Source: a virus
Taxonomy: Duplodnaviria > Caudoviricetes
IMG/VR virus record: IMGVR_UViG_2926493430_000001
Location: 3,023 to 67,022 of that record
Strand: one strand, 5' to 3'
DNA: 64,000 nucleotides
Part shown: piece after piece, positions 10,537-19,263 of the stretch
Layout of the letters: every line of letters starts with the position of its first letter
Numbering within the stretch: position 1 is the first letter of the stretch
Program-made: the position numbers and the translations under genes
The notes under the pieces: model-generated
Databases searched by the model: none
Seen by the model: only the letters and a program-made list of their open reading frames with translations
Told to the model about the DNA's origin: nothing

Positions 10537-11124
10537 CTAGTCTTCACGCAGTGAAATACCTCGTTTTTCTAGTTCCTTCTTAATGATTTCCTGTACATAG
10601 GCGTTCAAATCCCATGCCCAATAGCCTTCAACATTTAGACCGGGCATCATTTTTTCCTTCTCGTCTGATGACATCTGGGCGAGCTTTTTCAACTTCTCCA
10701 TTTTGTAAGATAAGTCTTCCAGAAAGCGATAAAAGTCCACATCTGATAAAAGCTCATCCAACAACGGTACAACTTCTGAACAAGATCCGAATTTGTCTGT
10801 ATCATGTGCTCTCTTAATAAGGTTGACCGCTACCTCTGATAAACCAAGGACTTTATGCACCTCTTTATTCTCAGAACTAACCCCTGTCAGTAGATAGTCC
10901 ACAGACACATCAAAATATTTCGCAATCTTATAAAGGTTTTCTGCAGTAGGCTGAGTGGAGCCATCCATATACAAACTAACGGTCTGTGGTCGGATACCAA
11001 TGGCTTTGGCCAGTGCCTTTTGTGTTGTTTTCTCCCCGGTGTGAGGATGTTCTTCCATCATGTTTCGTAAAGTTAAGGCAAAAATATTATCGAACCCTTT
11101 GAATTGATTTCCCACTAAGATCAC
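10537..11124 (-). CDS. XRE-family HTH repressor (Stl-like) of the satellite
   Basis: TQKALAKAIGIRPQTVSLY...KIAKYFDVSVDYLL; divergent from the replication genes. Confidence 0.85.
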   Translation of the reverse strand: MILVGNQFKGFDNIFALTLRNMMEEHPHTGEKTTQKALAKAIGIRPQTVSLYMDGSTQPTAENLYKIAKYFDVSVDYLLTGVSSENKEVHKVLGLSEVAVNLIKRAHDTDKFGSCSEVVPLLDELLSDVDFYRFLEDLSYKMEKLKKLAQMSSDEKEKMMPGLNVEGYWAWDLNAYVQEIIKKELEKRGISLRED

Positions 11125-11276
11125 CTCTATTTTTCTGTTTCACTTGAACTTTAATATTCTAGTTCTCTTATGCTTGTTATTTTGTTTTATCTGAATTACC
11201 ATAAGAATATCAGATGAAACGCAATACTTCAAGCGAAAGTAAAGCGAAACAGAATTTATAGAAGGAGGTATGTTTC

Positions 11277-11477
11277 ATGGATAAAAACACACTTGAGGCC
11301 GCTGCGAGGGAAGAACGATTGAAATACTTTCGAGAGTGGCGCCGCAATAACGCTGATAAGGTGAAGAAACACAACCAGAATTACTGGCTGAAAAAGGCAG
11401 AGAAAAAACTCAAGGAGGAGAAAGCCCGTGTCGGAAAACAAGAAACCAACCATGCTGACCGTAAGGGAAACCGCTAA
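11277..11477 (+). CDS. Small basic protein (satellite regulator candidate)
   Basis: GAAGGAGG RBS; 66 aa, helical and basic; first gene of the rightward operon. Confidence 0.7.
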   Translation: MDKNTLEAAAREERLKYFREWRRNNADKVKKHNQNYWLKKAEKKLKEEKARVGKQETNHADRKGNR

Positions 11478-11658
11478 AACAGGCATCCTCCCTGAACACG
11501 CCTTAAGGCTTCTGCTGAAAGCAGGCAAGCTTCCCGCTATCTTCGTGGGCAAGAAGGCATACATCAATTATGAAAAGTTATGCGAACAACTTAGCCAACT
11601 TGATGGCTCAGAAAAACCGGAAGGAGATGATATTTATGGATATCAAAATCGAATGTAA
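11428..11658 (+). CDS. Excisionase-like winged-HTH protein
   Basis: MLTVRETAK...LRLLLKAGKLPAIFVGKKAYIN, typical Xis/MerR-like pattern; AAGGAGG before GTG. Confidence 0.8.
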   Translation: MSENKKPTMLTVRETAKTGILPEHALRLLLKAGKLPAIFVGKKAYINYEKLCEQLSQLDGSEKPEGDDIYGYQNRM

Positions 11659-11791
11659 GAACTGCGATCATGTTGCCACAGTTGATGTAAATGGATTGAT
11701 TAAATCCATGCATGACAGCATCGACAACGATTCCATCTATGCAGGGTTTCTTTGCAAAAAATGTGCTGATGAACTTTTTGATGAAGACTAA
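11636..11791 (+). CDS. Small zinc-finger protein
   Basis: AAGGAG RBS; CKNC...CKKC. Confidence 0.55.
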   Translation: MDIKIECKNCDHVATVDVNGLIKSMHDSIDNDSIYAGFLCKKCADELFDED

Positions 11792-11811
11792 ACAGAAAGG
11801 GGGCGGCGGCC

Positions 11812-14073
11812 ATGGAAGAATTAAAACAACAGAAGATTTGGGTATGTTGGCGTTATGAAATGCAAAAGGGCCGCCGTACCAAAGTCTTATACAACACCAA
11901 AGGCTACAAAACCGGTACCAGTAAGAAATATAAATCCCAGTGGACAACCTTCGAGGAAGCCACAGAAGCCATGAAAGCTCATGCATTTGATGGTATTGGT
12001 CTTGTTCTACCCCATGGCATCGGGGGCATTGATTTGGATCATGTGGATGTAGACAGTGAGTTGGCTCAAGAAGTCAGAGCACTGATGAACACCTATGAGG
12101 AGGTTTCCCCTAGCGGTAAGGGCATTCACCATCTATTCAAGGTGGATGTAGAAAAGATTCCTTCATCAAATGGAAAATTGTCCAGCGAATATTACTCCAA
12201 GAACCCACACAACCAGATGGAAATCTACATCGGCGGACTGACCAATCGCTACCTTACTTTTACCGGTAATGCGATAAGTAATCATCCTGTAATGGATAGA
12301 ACCAATGAAGTGATTAACTTCTTGAACGGATACATGAAAAAAGATAGTTTCATAGACTCTGAGATTGAAAGTGCTTTTGTTAATGATGACTTTGATATCA
12401 TCGTTACCGCTAGAAAAGCTAAGAATGGCGATAAATTTATGGCCCTCTTTGACAAAGGTGACATCACCGAATATGGCAGCCCTTCAGAAGCCGACCAAGC
12501 ACTTTGTAATATCCTAGCCTTCTACACCGGCGGGGATATGGAACAGATGGACAGCCTCTTTAGACAATCGAAGCTATATCGGGAGAAGTGGGAGCGTGAT
12601 GATTACCGCACATCTACCATAGAAAAAGCCATCGAAGGTTGTCATGGCAAATTCTATACAGGCAGTAAGGACAGGCTCTCCTACATCTATTACGATGAGC
12701 GTTCCAAACGCATGAGGGTTAACTGTCCCTTGCTGGCAAGTTACATCCGGGAGAACCTTCATTACATCTTCGTTCGTGATAGTGCTAAAGGCGGCGTTTT
12801 ACGATATGTCTACGAAGATGGATGTTATCGACTTTATGCGGATGAAATGCTAAAAGGCATCATCAAAAGTTACATCACTGCCTTTGATGAAAATATCCTG
12901 CAGATGCGAGATGTCAATGAAGTTTTTGGACAAATTACCACAGATTTGGCCTTTACCACCAACGAGGAGCTGAATGCCGATGAGGATATCATTAACTTTC
13001 AAAATGGAATCTTGCGGGTATCTAATATGACTCTCATGCCCCATAGTCCGGATATCAAAAGCACCATTCAGATTCCTTGTAATTGGCTGGGGGTACCTAA
13101 ACCCACACCGGTCTTTAATAAGTTCATGCATACACTGACCAATGGAGACAAGGCAGTAGAAAACCTGTTGCTAGAGTTTATTGGAGTCTGCTTATCCAAT
13201 GTAAAAGGTTGGCGAATGAAAAAATCCCTATTCATGGTCGGCAAAGGAGATACCGGGAAGTCACAGCTAAAGAGTCTGACAGAAAGTCTTCTTGGTAAAG
13301 GCAACTATATCGGCATTGACTTAAAGGAAATAGAGTCCAGATTTGGGACAGGCAACATTTACAACAAGCGTTTAGCCGGTAGCTCCGATATGAGTTTCAT
13401 GTCTATTTATGAACTCAAAACCTTTAAGAAATGCACCGGTGGTGACAGCCTGTTCGCAGAATTCAAAGGACAAAACGGATTTGAATTTACCTACAACGGA
13501 CTTTTATGGTTCTGTATGAACCGGCTGCCCAAGTTTGGTGGAGACGATGGTGAATGGGTCTATAACCGGATTATGCAAGTGGATTGTAATAATGTCATTC
13601 CACGGGATAAGCAAGACAAACAGCTATTGGATAAACTCTACGCTGAACGGGATGGCATTGTCTACAAAGCCATTCTTGCACTAAAACAAGTGATCGCCAA
13701 TGGATATTCCTTCTCAGAACCACAGTGTGTAACAAATGCAAGAGTCGCTTATATGAAAGAAAACAATACAGTGATCTCCTTCTTTAAAGAGTGTATGGAA
13801 GAAAGACCGCTTGGAAAAATCCGGGATAGCTGCACAACGGGTAAAGTCTATGATGTGTACAAAGCTTGGTGCTTGGATAACAATCATGGCTATTCTAAGA
13901 CAGCTAAAGAGTTTCGCACAGAACTGGCCAATTATCTAGAAACCACATTCTCGGAAATGACCGTAAGGCGTGGCAAAGGTGGCACTTTTTATCAAAGATA
14001 CACCTTAACGGATGAAGCTAAGAATCAGTACCAAAGAGCCTATGGCTACGATGAGTTGCCTCTTCTCTCATGA
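11812..14073 (+). CDS. Primase-polymerase / SF3 (D5-like) helicase fusion
   Basis: IDLDH and EVSPSGKGIH primpol motifs; SEADQALC helical bundle; Walker A GKGDTGKS. Confidence 0.9.
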   Translation: MEELKQQKIWVCWRYEMQKGRRTKVLYNTKGYKTGTSKKYKSQWTTFEEATEAMKAHAFDGIGLVLPHGIGGIDLDHVDVDSELAQEVRALMNTYEEVSPSGKGIHHLFKVDVEKIPSSNGKLSSEYYSKNPHNQMEIYIGGLTNRYLTFTGNAISNHPVMDRTNEVINFLNGYMKKDSFIDSEIESAFVNDDFDIIVTARKAKNGDKFMALFDKGDITEYGSPSEADQALCNILAFYTGGDMEQMDSLFRQSKLYREKWERDDYRTSTIEKAIEGCHGKFYTGSKDRLSYIYYDERSKRMRVNCPLLASYIRENLHYIFVRDSAKGGVLRYVYEDGCYRLYADEMLKGIIKSYITAFDENILQMRDVNEVFGQITTDLAFTTNEELNADEDIINFQNGILRVSNMTLMPHSPDIKSTIQIPCNWLGVPKPTPVFNKFMHTLTNGDKAVENLLLEFIGVCLSNVKGWRMKKSLFMVGKGDTGKSQLKSLTESLLGKGNYIGIDLKEIESRFGTGNIYNKRLAGSSDMSFMSIYELKTFKKCTGGDSLFAEFKGQNGFEFTYNGLLWFCMNRLPKFGGDDGEWVYNRIMQVDCNNVIPRDKQDKQLLDKLYAERDGIVYKAILALKQVIANGYSFSEPQCVTNARVAYMKENNTVISFFKECMEERPLGKIRDSCTTGKVYDVYKAWCLDNNHGYSKTAKEFRTELANYLETTFSEMTVRRGKGGTFYQRYTLTDEAKNQYQRAYGYDELPLLS

Positions 14074-14077
14074 AATT

Positions 14078-14366
14078 AGTGACAGTAGTGACAGTTAGGT
14101 GACAGTAAAAAAACTAACTGTCACCTCGATAAACCCACAGCTACCAAGGGTTTGAATAGGTTTAGTGACAGTAGTGACAGCTTTTCTAACTTCTAAGCCG
14201 ACAAAACAAAATAGATAGATATAAAAGATAAATATATAAGTGTGAAGATGAACTTCAAATTACTGTCACTACTGTCACCAAAAGCTCTGAAACCCATGGT
14301 GTATAAGGCTTTAATGTGGTGACAATAAGCGAAAACAACTGTCACCGTACTGTCACTACTGTCACC
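14078..14366. repeat. Satellite replication origin: (A/G)GTGACAG iterons in both orientations around an AT-rich core
   Basis: About a dozen GTGACA/TGTCAC copies immediately after the primase-helicase gene. Confidence 0.85.
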
Positions 14367-14393
14367 AAATTTTTAGTATCGGAGGTGAAGACC

Positions 14394-14636
14394 ATGGAAG
14401 AAGTCGATAAACTACCAAAACGTCTACGGAAAAATCTAGACTTAGAAAATTTTGAAGTGTTTCACGTCATCCCACTTGGCGACTCGCATCCCGTTGTGGT
14501 GATGAGAGATAAACGATCAGATGCTAAAGCCCACTGGTGCATCCAATACCAAGGCTCCGGCTATTATTTTCAAACACTGAATGAAGTCATTTATTATTGC
14601 ATCTCCCGTAACTGGGTTAAAAATCATAAAAATTAG
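14394..14636 (+). CDS. Hypothetical protein (80 aa)
   Basis: GGAGGTG RBS before ATG 14394; the longer ORF-track start lies inside the iterons. Confidence 0.7.
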   Translation: MEEVDKLPKRLRKNLDLENFEVFHVIPLGDSHPVVVMRDKRSDAKAHWCIQYQGSGYYFQTLNEVIYYCISRNWVKNHKN

Positions 14637-14648
14637 GAGGAAAACACA

Positions 14649-15554
14649 ATGACAATTCAAACTACTTATAACAAAGCATTCTGGAACACAATGAGAGGTC
14701 AAGAAGCCTATCCGACTGTAAGGGACATGGCTGATAGCACTGGGAGCTATCCTGCCCCAGATGAATTCATCGACAGCTACACAACTGCTCTTGAAAAGGA
14801 AAATCTATTTAGAAGAATCGCCACTGTGGTTAAGACCACATCTACAGAAGGGAAGATTCATGCGGTTACTTCTACCGGTACGGCTGCTTGGGTTGGTGAA
14901 AACATTGCTATCCCAGAAAGCGCCGATACCGTTACACAATTCGCATTAGAATCTTATAAACTAGCAAGTTTGACAAGGTTGAAGCAATCCTTTGTCAGCG
15001 ACAACAAGTTTGATTTAGAGAACTATTTGAAAAATGAATTTGCCCGTAGGTTTGGTAGAGAGGAAGAAAACGCCTTTATTTATGGGGATGGCATGGATGC
15101 CCCTACTGGCATTTTGCACACCACAGAAGGGGCACCAGTCGGCGTAACTGCGGCAGGAAGCGATGCCATCACCTATGATGAAGTGATCAAGTTGTACTTC
15201 TCACTTGATAAGCATTACCGTAAAAATGGGGTATGGGTTATGAATGATGAAACAGCTCTTTTCCTACGAACGCTGAAAGACACAAACGGAAACTACTTGT
15301 GGAATCATGCAGATAACACCATTCTAGGAAAACCGGTCGTCTATTCACCTTATATGCCGGGCATCGAAAGCGGAGAGAAAGCCATTGCCTTCGGTGACTT
15401 CAGCTACTATTGGATTATTGAGCGCCAGCCACTTGCGGTGAAGGCTTTAAACGAGAAGTACATTCTAGAAGGTCAGATTGGCTTTGCAGCATTTGAGCGA
15501 CTAGATGCCAAGCTGATTATCCCAGAATCTATCAAACTACTTCAATTAGCATAA
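14649..15554 (+). CDS. HK97-fold major capsid protein paralog lacking the N-terminal scaffold region (Ccm-like)
   Basis: Aligns along its length with 35879-37072 from about residue 94 onward (APDEF, EFARR, GDG..PTGI, IAFGDF.YYW). Confidence 0.92.
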   Translation: MTIQTTYNKAFWNTMRGQEAYPTVRDMADSTGSYPAPDEFIDSYTTALEKENLFRRIATVVKTTSTEGKIHAVTSTGTAAWVGENIAIPESADTVTQFALESYKLASLTRLKQSFVSDNKFDLENYLKNEFARRFGREEENAFIYGDGMDAPTGILHTTEGAPVGVTAAGSDAITYDEVIKLYFSLDKHYRKNGVWVMNDETALFLRTLKDTNGNYLWNHADNTILGKPVVYSPYMPGIESGEKAIAFGDFSYYWIIERQPLAVKALNEKYILEGQIGFAAFERLDAKLIIPESIKLLQLA

Positions 15555-15561
15555 TTGAAAT

Positions 15562-15610
15562 AGCGGGTAGGAGAAGACGTTAATGTCCACACTCCTACCC
15601 GCTTCTTTTT
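15562..15610. terminator. Intrinsic terminator hairpin between convergent genes
   Basis: AGCGGGTAGGAG...CTCCTACCCGCT followed by a T-run. Confidence 0.8.
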
Positions 15611-16280
15611 AGTTTTCATCCTTTTTAGGTCTCCCGTGTTTAAAGGCCGCATTGCCGGTTAAGTTGCGAAGCAAGAACTTTCGAAGTGCCTTGTACTCAT
15701 CCCCGATAAACCCTAGCCTTAAAAGAAAACATCTGAAGTCGTATTTCTCATTCTCGCTTTTCCTCGGTGTGGATGCAACTCTGTTTCGCTCAATTGCCAT
15801 TTTGCATAAGGCTTCGATAAAATGTGTGTAATGGTTCACCTCATCACTGTTCTCTGTTTTGGGGAACCATGGAAGCTTTACTTTCACATCGTTTTCGATG
15901 ATTCTCAAATCCATGGTGCCGATGGCCTTGCTGATGAGTTCTCCTTTGGCGTTTACAATCTTGTGCAAATTTTCGATGGCCTTCTCTGTAAACATGTCCC
16001 TTGGCATGGCTACTTCGATGCCGTCAAAGGCATTTCCACCGTAATTTGTGGGCATGAAACCTTGTTCTTCGAGCACCGTGACCATTTTGTCCACTTCCGC
16101 CGGGGTCATGCTGTCATTTAGTATAACCGCTCCCTCCCGGTCAACCACCAAGTCTCCTATTTCATAAGCACATGTTGGGACACCTTTATATTTGGGTATG
16201 GTGTTTAAGAACTCACTAATTGCCTGTACCAGTTCCTTTCTCCGTTGCCCTTTGACTTCATAAGTGATTTTGAATTCCAT
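15609..16280 (-). CDS. Phage protein of unknown function, homolog of prophage 41840-42589
   Basis: Shared RKELV...Y.GVPT..YEI and NEKYDFRCFLLRLG/NPKYALRTWLIRLG...L.G..AF motifs. Confidence 0.85.
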   Translation of the reverse strand: MEFKITYEVKGQRRKELVQAISEFLNTIPKYKGVPTCAYEIGDLVVDREGAVILNDSMTPAEVDKMVTVLEEQGFMPTNYGGNAFDGIEVAMPRDMFTEKAIENLHKIVNAKGELISKAIGTMDLRIIENDVKVKLPWFPKTENSDEVNHYTHFIEALCKMAIERNRVASTPRKSENEKYDFRCFLLRLGFIGDEYKALRKFLLRNLTGNAAFKHGRPKKDEN

Positions 16281-16316
16281 TCCTTATCATCCTTTCGTTT
16301 TTTGGTTACACCATAT

Positions 16317-16343
16317 ATCACTCTGAAGCCACAGAATAGCAAG
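16317..16343 (-). promoter_or_regulatory. Conserved promoter-like motif copy
   Basis: ATCACTC-N14-AGCAAG upstream of 15609-16280. Confidence 0.7.
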
Positions 16344-16388
16344 TCATTTGTGTACGAAAAAAGAGACCATCAAAAGATGATCCCTGCT

Positions 16389-16796
16389 TCAGCTAATGCT
16401 ATTCCTCATTTCGTTTACAATCTTTTGAAACCCTGTTAAATTTCCTTTTCCCAAAGTGGAATAGTAGTCTATGTGTTTTTGCGCTGCGTTTAAAGCAACT
16501 TCAAGTGAATCCCGGCCATAATCTTGCATTATACTTTCGAGCAAGAATTTGTTTGTGGCATTATTAAAAGCTCTTTTATATTCTTCACCATTCATCATAG
16601 CAAGAAATATCGTGATAAAAGCCTGTGCAGAACCTTCACTCATGCCTGTAGCTCTGTTAATTTCAATTTTCCCTTCATTTCTTGTTAGTTGTTCCGAATA
16701 TACTTTTTTGGCTATTTCATAAGCGCCTTTACTCATCTCCATAGTAATCTTCAAAACTACCACCTCACCTATATTCTTATAGTTATAACATAACAC
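16389..16796 (-). CDS. Hypothetical helical protein (true start probably ~16754)
   Basis: 135-aa ORF; GAGGTGG before LKITMEM; resembles N-terminal regions of some HNH restriction proteins (weak). Confidence 0.6.
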   Translation of the reverse strand: MLCYNYKNIGEVVVLKITMEMSKGAYEIAKKVYSEQLTRNEGKIEINRATGMSEGSAQAFITIFLAMMNGEEYKRAFNNATNKFLLESIMQDYGRDSLEVALNAAQKHIDYYSTLGKGNLTGFQKIVNEMRNSIS

Positions 16797-16923
16797 AAAA
16801 AATGGTAGCTGAGTTTTAGCAAATTTATCGGTAAAACACTTTCTGTTAATATCTTTTGATTAAGTGTGGTTGCAATGTGATCATTGAAATAAACCAATCC
16901 AAGACCCGCTATCTCAATGACTT

Positions 16924-17235
16924 TTATTCTTCTATGGCAGTGTACCGTGGGTATTCATATCCTTCTGTGTTTACTAAAACCCGCTCACCAGTTTCCACAT
17001 TCTTAACTCGGATGCAGCGAAGTTCACCTGATGCATTGCTACCGCCATCAGTTCTTTCTATCCAAGGTTGTTCATTAAAAAAGTCGCTGCAAAATTTCTT
17101 AAACTCGTGATCACTTAATTCTACCTCTCGGGTGACTGTGTAGTCTGAACCTCTTACGCCTCTTTTCTTCGCATTCTCCGTAGCTTCTCTCAATTCCTTG
17201 ATATCAGTAAACTTTCGACCAAATAATGCCTTCAT
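16924..17235 (-). CDS. Phage protein of unknown function, homolog of prophage 42715-43029
   Basis: MKALFGRK...DFFNEQPWI...TGERVLVN.EGY.YPRYTAIE shared by both; GGAGG RBS. Confidence 0.88.
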   Translation of the reverse strand: MKALFGRKFTDIKELREATENAKKRGVRGSDYTVTREVELSDHEFKKFCSDFFNEQPWIERTDGGSNASGELRCIRVKNVETGERVLVNTEGYEYPRYTAIEE

Positions 17236-17268
17236 TGAAACACCTCCTGCATTTTCACTATTACATAC

Positions 17269-17295
17269 ATCACTCAATTTTGCGAAAACATCAAG
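17269..17295 (-). promoter_or_regulatory. Conserved promoter-like motif copy
   Basis: ATCACTC-N14-ATCAAG upstream of 16924-17235. Confidence 0.65.
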
Positions 17296-17464
17296 TCGAT
17301 TACCTCATTTTATGGGCCAAAAATGGCATTAAATCAAGGTTTTAACAGGTAATTTAATAGCAAAAACATATACTATCAGACGAAACAAAAATAGCCACAT
17401 AACCCGCAAACCCTTTAATATCAAGGTTTACAAGGCTATGTGGCTCTATTTTGGCACTTTCAGG

Positions 17465-17550
17465 GTACCCCCCCTATCGAATTATGCGATTTTTCGCGTG
17501 TGGTTGGGGCGCGGTCGCCATATTGATAGTTGTAGAGATTTGACCGCCCC
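17465..17550. other. Satellite cos-like packaging site, homologous to prophage 45234-45320
   Basis: Colinear blocks CCCCCCT, GCGCGGTCGCC, GTTGTAGAGATTT and CCCC. Confidence 0.8.
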
Positions 17551-18006
17551 TTCGGAGTTCTTCGCCATCAAAGCCACCAATCCTCCCATGTAATCACACC
17601 CGTGTAAATAATATTAATTTTTAATGCATAGTATATTTGTACTATGAAGCAACAGTACCTTTAATAAATAACAGCTATAAATTCAACTAAACTCCGTTTG
17701 TTTAATATGAACCAGATTTTCTTATCCATTACTTTCGGTGTCAGGTTCAGGTTCTGCGCAAGCACAATCATCACCACAGAAACAACCCGAAAGAGAGAGT
17801 GTGGATACTAATGTCAAAGAAAAAATATATTTTTTTATCTAAGAAAACCTTCTTATTTAACAATTTATTTCTAAACTCATTTGCCACTTTATTAAGTACA
17901 TCATTTCACATTTCCACCATAATCACGCCATTTTACCGTAGAAAGTCAACCGTGAACATAAGAAATATGAAAATATTCAATCGAATAAAATACCGATTAT
18001 TTTTTA

Positions 18007-19113
18007 TTAAAATTTTGCAAATATTAATTTTGCATCATCTGAAGAAGAACCATGGTCAGTATTATCGTAAGAAATTGAAATAACCTCACCTTCTTTTAAG
18101 CTGACAACTACATCATCATTAGTAGCAGTATACATTTGATCTCTGCTCTCACCATTTTCATCGTTATATATTGTAATGCTCCATCCTAAATTATCAAATT
18201 CAGGATTTAATTTAACATTAGTTGAAAGTTTATAATCTCCAGGCATGATATCTCTTCCAACTATAAACTCACCTATACCTAACTCATTAGAAGGTTCAAC
18301 CTTTTCAGGTACTGCATTAAATTTGACTTTAGAAATATCGCTAAATTCAAGAGTATCACCTTCAAAAAGTATCATTCGTATTTTTGAAGGATATCCTCCA
18401 GTATTTCCTTTTGCTCCTCCAACCCAATTTATGAATAACGAAGAAACAGAAGAACGGTCACCTAATATATTTCCAGAACCTCCTGTGATTTCTAAATCAT
18501 AAATACCAGGTGTAACTTCTTCATTTTCGCCAATTACTATATCACCTGTAACATAAAGCTCTTCTGTTTGGGTAGAAAGTGTTGCAAGTTGATTCAAAAT
18601 ATCTAGAGGTGCATACTTCTCTTCGGATTTATCCTCTGTGGTGTTTTCAACTTTTTGTACTTTGTTTTGAGTATCTTCTGTAGATCCACTTGGCTCTTTT
18701 TGGAGTTTAACCTTTGTAGTCGTCCCCATAACGGAAACCTCATAACTTAATACTTCATTTTGGTATGTCATAGTTTTAGTATCATCCGAAGATGCAAGCA
18801 TAGCACTATCAGTTTTGCTATGGTCATTTTTTGAATCCCATGTAAAAGGTTCGTCAGCAGTTGTCGGAGCGATAAAAGAGCCAGCCCAATAAAGTGATTT
18901 TGTGTCGCCGTTATCACTTACCCAGTATATTTCAATCATATCGCCACTTATTGTAGCGGCTTGATAAGAGTCTTCAGATTTACTATTTGATTGTTTCCAT
19001 TCTCCAATTAAGTCTGGCATTTGCTTTTCAGTGGTTTTGAGTGTGGAGCTACACCCAGTAAATAGCGTTATGAGTAGAGTCAGACAAAAGGTAATAATTG
19101 TTAGTTTTTTCAT
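18007..19113 (-). CDS. Lipoprotein
   Basis: MKKLTII...LFTGC lipobox; two-domain mature part with a low-complexity linker. Confidence 0.8.
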   Translation of the reverse strand: MKKLTIITFCLTLLITLFTGCSSTLKTTEKQMPDLIGEWKQSNSKSEDSYQAATISGDMIEIYWVSDNGDTKSLYWAGSFIAPTTADEPFTWDSKNDHSKTDSAMLASSDDTKTMTYQNEVLSYEVSVMGTTTKVKLQKEPSGSTEDTQNKVQKVENTTEDKSEEKYAPLDILNQLATLSTQTEELYVTGDIVIGENEEVTPGIYDLEITGGSGNILGDRSSVSSLFINWVGGAKGNTGGYPSKIRMILFEGDTLEFSDISKVKFNAVPEKVEPSNELGIGEFIVGRDIMPGDYKLSTNVKLNPEFDNLGWSITIYNDENGESRDQMYTATNDDVVVSLKEGEVISISYDNTDHGSSSDDAKLIFAKF

Positions 19114-19263
19114 TTTGCTATCCTCCTAATCTTCATTAATCCAAGTTTACCAAAAGTTTGTTGCTATCTATGTTTGAATTTATTGTCCATGACAGTTCTA
19201 AACTTGAATTTCCAAATTAGTATAATTATTTTATCTTGATAAATTGTATTAACCATTTTTTAT

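Noticed and set aside
14078-14366. GTGACAG repeats as a CRISPR array
   Set aside because: Repeats are 7-9 bp, in both orientations, without regular spacers or cas genes; they fit origin iterons
14649-17550. Classifying the satellite as a capsid-forming PICI
   Set aside because: No portal, protease, terminase or head-completion genes inside the element
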